Of a stretch of DNA of 64,000 bases, positions 63,684 to 64,000 are shown piece by piece. The notes under the pieces were generated by a model. The model was not told the DNA's origin. It did not search any database and worked only from the letters and a program-made list of their open reading frames with translations. Numbering within the stretch: the first letter of the stretch is position 1; the number at the start of each line of letters is the position of its first letter. Origin of the DNA: Candidatus Levyibacteriota bacterium (GTDB lineage Bacteria; Patescibacteriota; Microgenomatia; Levybacterales; UBA12049). The stretch lies in contig CP066685.1 in NCBI GenBank assembly GCA_016432345.1, positions 432,236-496,235 of the forward strand, given 5' to 3'. The translations under genes and the position numbers were made by a program.

Positions 63684-63722
63684 CAAACCCCCAGAGGGGT
63701 TTGCCGATCGTGATCCACGATC
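63684..63722 (+). terminator. Two consecutive GC-containing hairpins after the last operon gene (putative terminator)
   Basis: CAAACCCC-CAGA-GGGGTTTG (8-bp stem, 63684-63703) preceded by an A7 run, then GATCGTG-ATC-CACGATC (7-bp stem, 63706-63722). There is no clean T-run on the plus strand. The A7 would be a T-run for the minus strand. Confidence 0.45.
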
Positions 63723-63823
63723 CGTATATAATGTATCAATTATGTAAGCGAAAGTCAAGCAGTAATATATAAAAATTTTTATATGAATAAAGATCAAGAC
63801 ATACAATCACGGAGGAATTTGTT

Positions 63824-64000
63824 ATGAGAATAGGAATTGATGCTAGGTTGTGGAATGAAAGTGGAGTTGGCCGTTATATCAGGAATTTAGTACACGAACT
63901 TGCAAAGATTGATAGAAAGAATGAGTATGCACTTTTTGTTTTAGAGAAAGATAAGGAAGGGATTCTGAAACAAGTTCAGAATGACAAATTTAGAATAGCT
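63824..64000 (+). CDS. GT4-family glycosyltransferase, 3' end beyond the window
   Basis: MRIGIDARLWNESGVGRYIRNLVHELAKIDRKNEYALF is homologous to the N-termini of 53128 and 53672. A GGAGGA Shine-Dalgarno sits at 63811-63816, 7 nt upstream of the ATG. Confidence 0.75.
   Translation, partial: MRIGIDARLWNESGVGRYIRNLVHELAKIDRKNEYALFVLEKDKEGILKQVQNDKFRIA

Noticed and set aside
63767-63784. 18-nt perfect palindrome ATATAAAAATTTTTATAT upstream of the last GT4 gene, considered as an operator
   Set aside because: It is composed purely of A/T and low-complexity. Such palindromes are expected by chance at this composition, and no second copy was seen.

Overview
This is a 64-kb, AT-rich window (roughly one-third GC by eye) and it is very gene-dense. 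I call 59 CDS. Most junctions are 4-20 nt stop/start overlaps or gaps under 40 nt. TGA acts as a stop in many ATGA/GTGA overlaps, so the standard bacterial code applies. I saw no rRNA, tRNA, CRISPR array, transposase or integrase.

Nearly the whole window is cell-surface glycan biosynthesis:
- **Heptose activation:** two sets of GmhA/HddA/GmhB/HddC-type genes plus a transaldolase.
- **CDP-3,6-dideoxyhexose operon:** RfbF/RfbG/RfbH, carrying a C-methyltransferase and a split transketolase.
- **Second nucleotide-sugar operon:** a Gmd-like dehydratase, a ColD-like dehydratase, an orphan TPP-dependent E1 alpha/beta pair and three SDR reductases.
- **Other enzymes:** nine SDR epimerase/reductases, six SAM methyltransferases, six GT2 and five GT4 glycosyltransferases, and one hexapeptide acetyltransferase.
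- **Polytopic GT-C-like membrane proteins:** eight in total.

The most unusual part is 34.5-47.3 kb, with a further copy at 15.3 kb. It holds four clear paralogs (769-1244 aa) and one divergent paralog of a giant membrane protein. All share an invariant first-loop motif, PFFW..PGEMDLGGDSSRLYFYDP. Interleaved with them are three paralogous ~110-aa four-helix membrane proteins. Two of these small genes overlap the start of the next giant gene by a conserved 13-nt junction.

Three genes of visibly higher GC interrupt the island: an HEXXH lipoprotein, a HIT-like protein and a DUF218 protein. Operon heads repeatedly show TTGAAA-like -35 / N17 / TATAAT followed by ATG 6-8 nt downstream, which is a leaderless configuration.

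The gene content, compaction and composition are reminiscent of Patescibacteria/CPR-type genomes. That is inference only. All functional calls come from motif reading by eye, with no database search.
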